In this document: in pieces, positions 37,576 through 46,519 of the stretch
Layout: each line of letters starts with the position of its first letter
Position numbering within the stretch: the stretch's first letter is position 1
NCBI GenBank assembly: GCA_023439545.1
Contig: JAEXNT010000036.1
Location: 25,958-89,957 of the forward strand
Direction: 5' to 3'
Source of the DNA: Bacillota bacterium
GTDB taxonomy: Bacteria > Bacillota > Clostridia > Acetivibrionales > DTU013
DNA length: 64,000 nt
Translations under genes and position numbers: made by a program
Notes under the pieces: generated by a model
Told to the model about the DNA's origin: nothing
Databases searched by the model: none
The model's input: only the letters and a program-made list of their open reading frames with translations

Positions 37576-38580
37576 TCATTCGACTGTTCTATTCAACTCT
37601 TCCAAATTACCCATGGATTGAGTGATACAGCTAAGGATTCCTGCAGATTTCTCAGTCAGAGTTGTCAAATTCTGCGCAATCTCATTCGCTCCTTTTGCAT
37701 TGTCTTCGGCGCCCGCTGCGATTCCGGAAACCTGATTGGCTATACTGCCTATTGTTGATGTCAATTTATCGATAGCAACAGCGTAATTTTCCATCATACC
37801 GTTTATACTGTTCGCATCGACGCTGTATTGTTCCCCTATATCCACAAGCTTTCTGTAATCGCTGATAACCTGTTTTTCAATGAATTCGTTCATTTTTTGG
37901 GAACTGGTAATCAGCTCACTTAAGAACTCATTCATGATCCTTGCGATGTCCTGAATATTCAGAACCGTTTCTTTGGTCTTGTCGGCCAGTTTTTTTATTT
38001 CCGCCGCCACAACCGTAAAGCCCTTTCCGTGCTCTCCGGCACGAGCAGCTTCTATCGAGGCGTTCAACGAAATCAGGTTGATTTGCGACGCGACTGCGAG
38101 TATGCTATTCGCAAGTACATCTATCTCACTTATTACCTTGGATTTGTCCACAGCAGACTGAAGCATATTGCTGAATTCATGACACATCTTTTGAGCGGCA
38201 GCTTCCGACTCAACGGCTTCATTCCTCATAACTTTCGCCTTTTCACTAATTTCCGCAACGGCGCCGATATTCTCGATAAGATTGACCGCAACGCCGGTTG
38301 CGAGGTCATTGACTTCAATTATGCCTGTGTTGATCTCCTCTGTAGAAGCTGCCGTCTCTTCGGTATTAGCGGACTGTTCCTCTACAACAGCTGCTATTTC
38401 GTCTACCGACAATTTCAAATCACTAACGTCCTGGGTTATACTTTCCATTCCTTCGATCACTTCAGAAAGCTTTTCTGGAACCAGTTCACTGTTTGTTCTT
38501 TTCCTGTTCAGTTCAATCATCGGATCATACATTTGGATCGGCTTGTTCTTCAGTTTGAACCCCATAAGATGAAAACTCAT
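37576..38580 (-). CDS. soluble methyl-accepting chemotaxis protein (signalling domain only)
   Basis: No TM segment. The MA hairpin core is [37 protein letters not shown] chose the start at MSFHLMG (38580) because AAAGAGG precedes it. Confidence 0.85.
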   Translation of the reverse strand: MSFHLMGFKLKNKPIQMYDPMIELNRKRTNSELVPEKLSEVIEGMESITQDVSDLKLSVDEIAAVVEEQSANTEETAASTEEINTGIIEVNDLATGVAVNLIENIGAVAEISEKAKVMRNEAVESEAAAQKMCHEFSNMLQSAVDKSKVISEIDVLANSILAVASQINLISLNASIEAARAGEHGKGFTVVAAEIKKLADKTKETVLNIQDIARIMNEFLSELITSSQKMNEFIEKQVISDYRKLVDIGEQYSVDANSINGMMENYAVAIDKLTSTIGSIANQVSGIAAGAEDNAKGANEIAQNLTTLTEKSAGILSCITQSMGNLEELNRTVE

Positions 38581-38883
38581 AGTGATACCTCTTTCAACAA
38601 AATTTACTAACAAAAAACAAATACATTTTTTCCTACAATAATGATATAGATATGTACGATATTTTTTTCGGTATTTTGTAATGATTTCTTTACGGAAAAA
38701 AGATAGATTTTTGTCACTTTTTAAAGAATATTGTCATTTTTCTGCATGATTTTTCCTCTCAAACAATAAAATTATCGTTTCCACAAACAATTATTGCCGT
38801 CTCGAATACCGGAACATATTATGCAAACCAAATTAAAACCTGAGGTGCATTCGTGAAAGACATTAGTAAACACTCAATAGTAA

Positions 38884-38915
38884 GCAAAAAGACTGGCCAA
38901 TAGTGCGCCAGTCTT
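38884..38915 (-). terminator. rho-independent terminator
   Basis: The minus strand reads AAGACTGGC, a 9-nt loop, GCCAGTCTT, then TTTTGC. Confidence 0.6.
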
Positions 38916-38953
38916 AAAAAATGTATATGAAAGAGAATCCGTTATTTTTCTAT

Positions 38954-39054
38954 GTGGAGATACTGGGTATCGGACATATTGCCCATAAAAAGGGGACTTA
39001 TTGAAAATGGGATAACTTTTTATGTAATATTCCTTCGGATTGCATTGAATTCAT
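38954..39054 (+). repeat. copy A of a ~95-bp diverged direct repeat (transposon-end-like)
   Basis: TGTGGAGATACTGGGTATCGGACATATTGCCCATAAAAAGGGGACTTATTGAAAATGGGATAACTTTTTATGTAATATTC aligns with 41992-42090 at roughly 80% identity by eye. Confidence 0.7.
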
Positions 39055-39094
39055 TAATTCATAGTAGTATTCAGATTGGTTAGTCTTATTAAGC

Positions 39095-39489
39095 CTATAC
39101 CAGGCATTTAATGTTTGCGGAGTAAATACGTCCAGAGCCCTTTAGGATATGTAAAGCGAATTCCAATGGAGCTATTCCGGAAGCAGTAATCAATTTTCCA
39201 TCAGTAACAACAGGCTCATTTTTATAATACTTTTCACCTTTGTAATTGGAACACACCATTTTAAGGTATTCCAAGTCATTGCTCGTGTGCCGTCGTGAAT
39301 CAAGCAACCCTTTCCGGGCAAGCCCCATTGTTGCCCACAAATTGCGGCTACAAGAATACCTTCCATTAAGCACTTCTGTGCTGTTTTTAATATAGGTTCA
39401 TGAATTGTTTCCGCCCAAGTATCTCCACCCGGTAGAATCAAAGCATCTACATTTTCAATACTGCACTCGTCCAGTTCAATATATACCAC
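39095..39489 (-). pseudogene. DJ-1/PfpI-family (type 1 glutamine amidotransferase-like) gene, N-terminally truncated and frameshifted
   Basis: One frame gives ...NVDALILPGGDTWAETIHEPILKTAQKCLMEGILVAAICG. A second frame continues ATMGLARKGLLDSRRHTSNDLEYLK...EPVVTDGKLITASGIAPLEFALHIL. The two ORF-track pieces, 39190..39489 and 39095..39373, overlap. Confidence 0.7.
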
Positions 39490-39540
39490 CTGTTGGATGT
39501 AGGGTAACTTATTATGCTTCTTTTAGCTTAAAAGACTATT

Positions 39541-39573
39541 AAAAAAGCGTAGAAAAGAAATGTTGTCTACGCT
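39541..39573 (-). terminator. rho-independent terminator after the beta-helix gene
   Basis: The minus strand reads AGCGTAGA, a 12-nt loop, TCTACGCT, then TTTTTT. Confidence 0.7.
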
Positions 39574-39640
39574 TTGGCATCAGCCTTTTTCTGCAAACTT
39601 TTCGTTAGCAACCAGCAAGTTGACAAATTGATTAGAGTAG

Positions 39641-41785
39641 TCAGTTTGCCACAATGACCTTGTTTGTATTGTTGCCGAATTTTTTGCTGATGAATTTCTC
39701 CGCCTGTCCTGCCGGGTATTGGGCTTCCCTGCTTTGAACCGGGCAGGAGCTCATCGTCAATGTGTAGAATGTATTGTCATAGACTTTCGGCAGGTTTTTG
39801 TCCGCTATGTGGCAAGCGAATAGTGTGCCATAGCAGCCGAAGAACAGGTTATTATGAATACGGAGATATCTATTGGTATTGGGTAGGCTAGCTAAGCTCA
39901 GTCCGCTTCCCATAGGATCGCATTGGGTCTCCTGCGTATCGCCCCAGTTGAAGCCGCTCATTGTGACAATGTTATCAGAAACCTCAACGTCAGTCCAAAA
40001 CGGCTCCGCATTCTCATTTGTATCCCAATGTACAACAAGGATACCGGCATAAGTCCGCTCTACCAGATTCCTGCTGACGATGTTGTTGCGTTGAGGTCCA
40101 TGACAATCAGTTTCCAAAGTGATTCCTTCCTGAAATGTATCGTGGATATAATTGTTGACAAGTGTATTGTTCTGACCGCGAAGATCTGTAGCGCCCCCCG
40201 CTACATTTACCATATCTTTGTCCGGCTTATATAGCTCATCCCCATTGTCCGAGAGCATTAAGCCACCATTCCAGCCGATCTCACAGTTTTGGATCGTAGA
40301 ATTGGAGCTGCCGAGGATGATGCCCTGATTACCGGTGTAAAGTACGCAAAGATTGTCTGCTATTCCGCCGGAATCCAGTTCTATTAAAGCACTCTCCCCC
40401 GTATTTGCCGTACTTCCGAATTCGATGGAATCAAATACCTGGCTCGGATTACCTTCATCACAGCGAAGATACAACGGTCCATAGGGGTTAATCTCCGGAA
40501 ACCTGAGAGGCTCCCGTTTGTTTGTCTTGGGGAGTCCGTTGTCAACGCTGGAGAAGAACTCGTGGTTGCGATCAAGCTGTTTCTTAAGATCAAAATTCGT
40601 GCCGTCGGCGTTCATCCACCGTCCAAAGCGCCAATGGGGAGCGACCTTGTACGCCCAGCTTTTTGCATTGTTGAAATATAAATTGCCACAGTCGTACATA
40701 TCGCGGTAGAATTTCCAGATCTTTTTACCATCTGCATTTTCATAGTACAATGTCCACTTGCCTGCATCAGCGCCATCCTCAGGCGAGAGGGTAAAGAGGG
40801 GTTTATCGCCTTCTCCATAAGCGGAGTAGGTCACGCCCTTCTTGCCCTTCAAAACGTTACAGCGCCACATGTCACCCCGCTTAAAGAACACAGCGTCTCC
40901 GGGATCTAGGTCGGCGTTGTTGACCCTATCCACCGTCGCCCACGCAGTAGCTGGCGTCTTGCCATCCTTTGAATCGCTGCCATGGTTGGAGACGAAGTAA
41001 GCTGTGCCGGTATAGGTAACCTTCGTGGGGCTGTTCAGGATTTCTTTGCGTCGCGCGTCGATTTGTTTAATATATTTAAGACTCTTTTCACTGCACCACT
41101 TTGTATAATCCACTTTTGCTGCAACTTCCCAATCACTCTCGTATAAGCGCAGTACTGCCTTGATCGCAGCGTCACGAGTGAGGGAAGCACCGAAGCGGAT
41201 CAGGCCTTTTTCATTAAAGTCCAATATTGGAGACCCGTCCACAAAGGAGGGCTGTCTGGTTGCAAGATAACATGCGGCTGTTATATAATCATAATCCATT
41301 AATTTACGCTCGATTGGGCTATACCACTTTTTATTCCAGCCGGGGAACAAAGGATAGTTCCTTTTGACGCCGTCCCACCAGCCCACGCTATTATGTGTGC
41401 TGTCACCCCCAAGGAAGGGCTCCAGATTCATAGCGTTTCCGTCAGAATAAATTCTATCCGTGACCTGGGCAGCATACAGGATTGCCAACATTCCGTCGTC
41501 CCGATGCATTTTCTGATTGGATTTAAGTGCTAGAGCGGCAACCTTCTCCCATTTGGGGACGAGCGTCTTGCCATAGTGCGAGACATAGTTGGTCAGCATC
41601 CGGCAAAACTCGGCATAGGTAATGGCCTTGTCCAGATTACCCTGAAGCTCCTTGGGCACAAAGCCATAGGAGATGGCACGCTCTACCTCTTTGTCCACAG
41701 CAACGGCAAATGTAGTACTTGATATAAAAGAGGAAAGAACGGAAACTATCAAGATTAATGATAATATTTTATTACGTCTTTTCAC
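39641..41785 (-). CDS. secreted right-handed parallel beta-helix repeat protein (polysaccharide lyase/hydrolase-like)
   Basis: Signal peptide ILSLILIVSVLSSFISSTTFA. Beta-helix-type repeats follow in the C-terminal half (NCEIGWNGG, NNYIHDTFQEGITLE, SRNLVERTYAGILV, VSDNIVTMSG). Confidence 0.65.
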   Translation of the reverse strand: MKRRNKILSLILIVSVLSSFISSTTFAVAVDKEVERAISYGFVPKELQGNLDKAITYAEFCRMLTNYVSHYGKTLVPKWEKVAALALKSNQKMHRDDGMLAILYAAQVTDRIYSDGNAMNLEPFLGGDSTHNSVGWWDGVKRNYPLFPGWNKKWYSPIERKLMDYDYITAACYLATRQPSFVDGSPILDFNEKGLIRFGASLTRDAAIKAVLRLYESDWEVAAKVDYTKWCSEKSLKYIKQIDARRKEILNSPTKVTYTGTAYFVSNHGSDSKDGKTPATAWATVDRVNNADLDPGDAVFFKRGDMWRCNVLKGKKGVTYSAYGEGDKPLFTLSPEDGADAGKWTLYYENADGKKIWKFYRDMYDCGNLYFNNAKSWAYKVAPHWRFGRWMNADGTNFDLKKQLDRNHEFFSSVDNGLPKTNKREPLRFPEINPYGPLYLRCDEGNPSQVFDSIEFGSTANTGESALIELDSGGIADNLCVLYTGNQGIILGSSNSTIQNCEIGWNGGLMLSDNGDELYKPDKDMVNVAGGATDLRGQNNTLVNNYIHDTFQEGITLETDCHGPQRNNIVSRNLVERTYAGILVVHWDTNENAEPFWTDVEVSDNIVTMSGFNWGDTQETQCDPMGSGLSLASLPNTNRYLRIHNNLFFGCYGTLFACHIADKNLPKVYDNTFYTLTMSSCPVQSREAQYPAGQAEKFISKKFGNNTNKVIVAN

Positions 41786-41991
41786 ATGACACCTCTTAAT
41801 ATACTGATGTTTACATAATTATACCAATACATAAAATTGATATCAACAATTTTCAATAAACCACTCCTTGAATCAACAGGTGAGTAATGATTTGGCGCGG
41901 CTGATTCATTTGCATCTGGTGCAATTTTTTTGGTTTACTAAGCACCAAATCCAATAACTCTTTATTCCCTAGCCTTTCAAGACCCAATATG

Positions 41992-42090
41992 TCCTAGTAT
42001 ACTGGGTATGGGACATATTGCCCCTAAAAAGAGGACATATTGGATGGGGGGTAACTCATTATGTAATATTCTCTTATTCGGGTAATTCAT
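41992..42090 (+). repeat. copy B of the ~95-bp diverged direct repeat
   Basis: TGTCCTAGTATACTGGGTATGGGACATATTGCCCCTAAAAAGAGGACATATTGGATGGGGGGTAACTCATTATGTAATATTC. An inverted CCAATATGTCC lies just at its left edge. Confidence 0.7.
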
Positions 42091-42276
42091 CTGGTTCAGT
42101 ATGGGGGATGCCTCTGATGCTAGCAAACATACCGGCAGAGGTTGTTGTCAAGAGGATCGTGGAATAAATGCGGAAACCTGGCTCTCAAAGTCCGGATACG
42201 TGGCTCAACGGCTACTAGAATACTCAATTATGAATTGAAATCAAAAATTCATTTTGTCCTTGACAAAGGGTGCACT

Positions 42277-42743
42277 TTATAATGACCTCAGCACTCGGCA
42301 GACTTTTATCAGCAGCTCGGGATCCGTATCAGCGTCAGCAGTGACACGGCAGCCACTGATTTCGATATCCAGCGTTGCTTTCATTTGCTGCGGTTTGTGG
42401 CGGTGCCAACTGCACCCATCCATTTGGCACAAGATTTCTGGAATCTTCCGATTTTGAAAGCTCTGCACACGTAGCATCCCGCAGCCTTTTCTGCCAGTAG
42501 AAGTATGCGTTCCTGCTTATTCCTGCCGTTAAGCAAAAATCCTTGATGCTTTTCCCGCTGTCAAGACGTGCTTGTATCACTTGCGCCCATTGCGACAATC
42601 GATATTCCGCCGTTACTTTTTGTGTGTCCATACAATCACCCCGTTTTTGGTTGAAAAAGTTTGCTTACTTTTTCAACTATACTCTTTGTGATTGTACTGC
42701 CTTCACTGTTGCTATACTATGTGCGTTTATCTTTGACGCTTAC
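42277..42743 (-). mobile_element. IS66-family remnant: terminal repeat plus frameshifted tnpA (orf1); tnpB and tnpC are absent
   Basis: The minus strand starts GTAAGCGTCAAAG at 42743, an IS66-type IR start. The tnpA-like ORF reads MDTQKVTAEYRLSQWAQVIQARLDSGKSIKDFCLTAGISRNAYFYWQKRL. Its C-terminal part is in another frame (ATLDIEISGCRVTADADTDPELLIKVCRVL). Nothing like TnpB follows. Confidence 0.7.
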
Positions 42744-42821
42744 ATTGCTCATTATGTTCGTCTATGTAAAACTTTAGTCCTTTTGCAATAACGCAAATAC
42801 TTCATATCACCATACTATAAG

Positions 42822-42845
42822 CACCCCGGAGTTTCTTTCCGGGTG
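42822..42845 (-). terminator. weak hairpin after the last gene of the sugar operon
   Basis: CACCCGGAAAGAAACTCCGGGGTG on the minus strand, with one bulge. The T-tract is poor. Confidence 0.3.
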
Positions 42846-42869
42846 TTTATAGGTGTCGATCTTTTAGTA

Positions 42870-43253
42870 TTATCTTATTGGGAATCCTAGTGTGGTCATC
42901 AGCGCCATAGCATTTTGTGAGGTATCCACTCTTGTATGTTGTATCAAAACGGGTACATCGCTTTCAACAACCAACGAGTACGGGACTCCTACAGGCACCA
43001 TTTCACCTTTATCATCTGTAAGTTTATCAAGGCGTATGTGATTGGTCCTTCGAGCACCACATACAGTATATATGTTTGTCATTGGTTCTTTATCATAAAA
43101 ATATAAAGTTACATTCAAATGGGCGTCTGCATCTCCAGAATTCAAAACGCACATCCCGTCATGACTTTCCGCTTCTCCGATGCTTTTGGGTTGTATGTAT
43201 CCATCTGATATAGCCCATACTTTATGTCCAATATATTTTGACACTATGTTCAC
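42870..43253 (-). CDS. ASRT-family protein (Anabaena sensory rhodopsin transducer homolog, PF07100-like)
   Basis: WAISDGYIQP...SHDGMCVLNSGDADAHLNVTLYFYDKEP...ARRTNHIRL...DVPVLIQHTRVDTSQ parallels the ASRT pattern WAIAEGYIPP...HE..CILN..D.DA.V.IT.Y..DKEP...ARRTKHVRF...VP.VVQHTRLDS, as I recall it. Confidence 0.7.
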   Translation of the reverse strand: MNIVSKYIGHKVWAISDGYIQPKSIGEAESHDGMCVLNSGDADAHLNVTLYFYDKEPMTNIYTVCGARRTNHIRLDKLTDDKGEMVPVGVPYSLVVESDVPVLIQHTRVDTSQNAMALMTTLGFPIR

Positions 43254-43684
43254 TCCTCAGCACTTATTGATTTATTTTGTACTACACCCACAGTTAACAG
43301 TATATTAGCATAAGTTCGTTGTTCTCCTGTAGCGACTGCTAATTTGATATTGTTCTTTTTGCATTCATTATAAAACTCAAACCTTCTCAAGCTGCTTAAT
43401 TCCAAACCTGTTATAGCTCGGAAATCACCAAATATGGCTGGCTCCTCCCCGGAGTCAGGCATCATGACCTCAACTTTTTCAATGTTAATTGTCTTTATAA
43501 ACACCTCCAACACTTCTGTTACCAAGGGAATGCCATGGGTAAGGTTTAAATATGTAACCTTTGTCTTCTCATTTACATTAGAGTCTACCGGATAATTGCC
43601 ATCGGTAATGAGTACCTTATCACCATGCCCACAGCTAGCAAGCACCTTAATGATTTCCGGATGTATACAAGCAGTTTTTAACAT
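43250..43684 (-). CDS. RbsD/FucU-family sugar mutarotase (pyranase)
   Basis: CGHGDKVLITDGNYP and the C-terminal YANILLTVGVV match the RbsD/FucU pattern. It overlaps the next gene by 4 nt. Confidence 0.85.
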   Translation of the reverse strand: MLKTACIHPEIIKVLASCGHGDKVLITDGNYPVDSNVNEKTKVTYLNLTHGIPLVTEVLEVFIKTINIEKVEVMMPDSGEEPAIFGDFRAITGLELSSLRRFEFYNECKKNNIKLAVATGEQRTYANILLTVGVVQNKSISAEE

Positions 43685-43701
43685 CTTGCTTCCTCCCGTT
43701 C

Positions 43702-44316
43702 CTATTTTTCATTCTCTCTCAAGTTTCCAAGAGTACCTCCCGGATGCCAGGTTACATATTGCTGCGGAGTAATATTCTTAATATCTTGAAGTATGATACT
43801 CAACCCTTGAAGTACAAGTATCTCTGCAGCTATTGATGCCCTTGGCGCCCTATTGAGGGAATCTCCTTCATTATGCACACCTGCAAACAGGAATGCATCC
43901 CCTTCCTTTGCCAGCCAGGAATCAGGTTTTCCTGTAACAGAAATAATTTTTGCACCATTTTTTTTAAGTGTTGTGATAGTTGCTTTTAATTCTGCTGTCT
44001 CTCCGCTGTTGGATATGGCTATAACTATATCCCCTGGTCTTACCTGTCCGGATGAGCCATGAACCGCTTCCGTGCCGTGGAGCTCATAGGTAGGTGTACC
44101 CGTAGAAGACATGAGAGAGGCAATATAGCCTGCTACATGTCCGGGTTTTCCTATACCTGTGATGTGAACTCTATTGTTGCTTTTTTCTGCATCAAGTATA
44201 AGATTAACTGCCTTTTCATAGAAGGTGATGGTGAGTTTTTCTTTCAATTCGTTGATTTCTTTTACCGATATATCCAGGAATGATTCCAGTACACTTTCAT
44301 GTTCTTGCAATAACAT
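43702..44316 (-). CDS. SIS-domain sugar-phosphate isomerase, KpsF/GutQ (arabinose-5-phosphate isomerase)-like but lacking the CBS pair
   Basis: ITGIGKPGHVAGYIASLMSSTGTPTYELHGTEAVHGSSGQVRPGDIVIAISNSGETAEL and the near-C-terminal WHPGGTLG resemble the KpsF SIS domain. At 204 aa the protein has no room for CBS domains. Confidence 0.75.
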   Translation of the reverse strand: MLLQEHESVLESFLDISVKEINELKEKLTITFYEKAVNLILDAEKSNNRVHITGIGKPGHVAGYIASLMSSTGTPTYELHGTEAVHGSSGQVRPGDIVIAISNSGETAELKATITTLKKNGAKIISVTGKPDSWLAKEGDAFLFAGVHNEGDSLNRAPRASIAAEILVLQGLSIILQDIKNITPQQYVTWHPGGTLGNLRENEK

Positions 44317-44332
44317 TTTTTATCCCCCTTTT

Positions 44333-45319
44333 TCATCTAACTAAACTGTAGCTGTTGCTTTCCATAAGATTAATTACCTCGTCATACATGGGCAGTGATG
44401 GCTGCGCCCCCATTCTTGAAACTGTAAGAGTTGCGGTATAATTTGCAAAATCTAAAGCAGCTTCTTCTGTCATTCCCATACAAACAGCAGTGCAGAATGC
44501 TCCTGTAAAAGAATCCCCTGCGGCTGTGGGATCCACGACCTTCACCACGTCCACACAAGGTTTGTATATGAATTTATCTTTATTCATAAAAGCCACACCA
44601 CTGCTACCCAGAGTAATGATTACATTTTTCACTCCCTTTTTAAGGAGAACAAATGCTGCTTGCTTAACTGTTGGCAGTTCGATGTTATTTCCGTCTCTTT
44701 TTATGGCAATGCCGGTTATATCCATGGCTTCATATTCATTTGGTGAGATATATGTAAATTTGGACAACATATTATCTGAAAGCGGTGCCGAAGGAGCAGA
44801 ATTGAGCATTACCGGAACGCCTTTAGAAAAAGCATATTCCACTACTGCTTCATTCACCTCCATGGGAATTTCCAGTTGAAGAATGACCATGTCATATTCT
44901 TCAATAATGTCCTGAACAAATTCAACATCTTTCACCGTGAGAGTCATATTGGCACCCGGAACAACAATAATCCTGTTTTTTGCTTTTTGGCCTTCTTTTA
45001 ACTCAAGGGTAATATTTCCAACGCCGGAGGAAGCCTGTGGATCAGAAATGACATAACGGGTATCAATCCCTGCATCCCTTGCGGATTTGATAAGCTGTTC
45101 TCCAAACATATCTTTACCCACTTTACCAACCATGGTTACATCAGCCCCGAGCCTGGCGGCCTGTACCGCCTGATTTGCCCCCTTCCCCCCCGTTGCTGTG
45201 GTAAAGGACATGCCGTCTATAACCGTCTCACCGTCATTTGGGACTCTCCTGGTTCCCACTATAATATCCATAACAAAGCTGCCAATGACCAATATTTTAG
45301 GCTTTTTCACATTTATCAC
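44333..45319 (-). CDS. rbsK: ribokinase (PfkB family)
   Basis: GGKGANQAVQAARLGADV and DPTAAGDSFTGAF are the ribokinase signature motifs. Confidence 0.85.
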   Translation of the reverse strand: MINVKKPKILVIGSFVMDIIVGTRRVPNDGETVIDGMSFTTATGGKGANQAVQAARLGADVTMVGKVGKDMFGEQLIKSARDAGIDTRYVISDPQASSGVGNITLELKEGQKAKNRIIVVPGANMTLTVKDVEFVQDIIEEYDMVILQLEIPMEVNEAVVEYAFSKGVPVMLNSAPSAPLSDNMLSKFTYISPNEYEAMDITGIAIKRDGNNIELPTVKQAAFVLLKKGVKNVIITLGSSGVAFMNKDKFIYKPCVDVVKVVDPTAAGDSFTGAFCTAVCMGMTEEAALDFANYTATLTVSRMGAQPSLPMYDEVINLMESNSYSLVR

Positions 45320-45326
45320 GCCCTTC

Positions 45327-46511
45327 CTAAGTGTTATCGGATATGATCAAATTCTTGAAGCTCGTGCCTGATAGTATGCACTCCACGCCAAGCAATTCAG
45401 CAACTGTACTTGCAACATCAGAAAAAGTGGTTCTTGTTCCGAGATCAACATCCTGCATCAAGCTCTTTCCAAATGCTATAATCGGCACATATTCCCTGGA
45501 ATGATCTGTGCTGGGTGTCGTGGGATCGCAGCCGTGATCCGCTGTAACAAAAAGAATGTCATTGTCTTTCATACAGGAGAATATTTCAGGCAGCCGCCTG
45601 TCAAATTCCTCCAGAGCACTTTTATATCCGGTCGCATCGTTTCTATGTCCATACAGCATATCGAAATCAACAAGGTTTGTGAAAATCAGTCCTGTGGTGC
45701 CACTCTTTAAATAGTCGATAGTTACATCTATACCATGCATATTGTTTTTAGTGTGAACTGCCTCTGTGATTCCTTTTCCAGAAAATATATCCTCAATCTT
45801 GCCTATTGCCACGATATTAAAGCCCTTAGCTTTCAACTCCTCAAGTATTGTTGGTGATACCGGCGGAAGGGAGAAGTCCTTTCTATTGCTAGTTCTAACA
45901 AAGTTTCCAGCTGTGCCTGTGAACGGCCTTGCTACTACCCTTCCTACTGCATGCTTTCCAGCTAAAATTTTTCTTGCTTCACTGCACATTTTATACAATC
46001 TTTCAATAGGTACTATCTCTTCATGGGCAGCTATCTGGAATACACTGTCTGCAGAGGTATAGACTATGGGATAGCCGGTTTCTACATGCCTGGCGCCGAG
46101 TTCTTTTATGATTTCAGTCCCCGAAGCAGCAACGTTTCCAAGGGTTTTTATGCCTATACTTTTTTCAAACTCGTCAATGATTTCCTTTGGAAAACCATTC
46201 GGATACACTGGAAATGCCCTTTCCAAATGTACTCCAGACATCTCCCAGTGGCCTGTGATGGTGTCCTTTCCCTTTGAGACCTCTGCCATACGCCCATAAC
46301 AACCTAAAACCTTCTCCGGCACATGAAGATAATCGATTCCCTCTATCTTCCCTATTCCCAGAGCACACATATTGGGTATACTCAACCCACCACATTGCTT
46401 TGATATGTTGCCAAGTGTATTGCTGCCTTCATCGTTGTATTCAGCCGCATCGGGGAGTTCTCCGATACCGGCGCTGTCCAGAACTATAATAATCACTCTA
46501 TTCGTGTTCAT
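45327..46511 (-). CDS. deoB: phosphopentomutase
   Basis: [36 protein letters not shown]...TADHGCDPT is the DeoB signature. The ATG at 46511 follows AAAGGTGA and lies 8 nt after the stop of the upstream 919-aa gene. Confidence 0.9.
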   Translation of the reverse strand: MNTNRVIIIVLDSAGIGELPDAAEYNDEGSNTLGNISKQCGGLSIPNMCALGIGKIEGIDYLHVPEKVLGCYGRMAEVSKGKDTITGHWEMSGVHLERAFPVYPNGFPKEIIDEFEKSIGIKTLGNVAASGTEIIKELGARHVETGYPIVYTSADSVFQIAAHEEIVPIERLYKMCSEARKILAGKHAVGRVVARPFTGTAGNFVRTSNRKDFSLPPVSPTILEELKAKGFNIVAIGKIEDIFSGKGITEAVHTKNNMHGIDVTIDYLKSGTTGLIFTNLVDFDMLYGHRNDATGYKSALEEFDRRLPEIFSCMKDNDILFVTADHGCDPTTPSTDHSREYVPIIAFGKSLMQDVDLGTRTTFSDVASTVAELLGVECILSGTSFKNLIISDNT

Positions 46512-46519
46512 TTTCACCT

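Noticed and set aside
38029-38610. 193-aa + strand ORF, plus 37973..38161 and 38282..38572
   Set aside because: All are antisense to the MCP signalling-domain gene, whose repetitive heptad coding typically produces long antisense ORFs.
42091-42276. Possible coding fragment or tnpB start between repeat B and the IS66 tnpA stop
   Set aside because: No frame gives a recognisable TnpB or TnpC motif, or any other motif. The short ATG-initiated frames terminate quickly.
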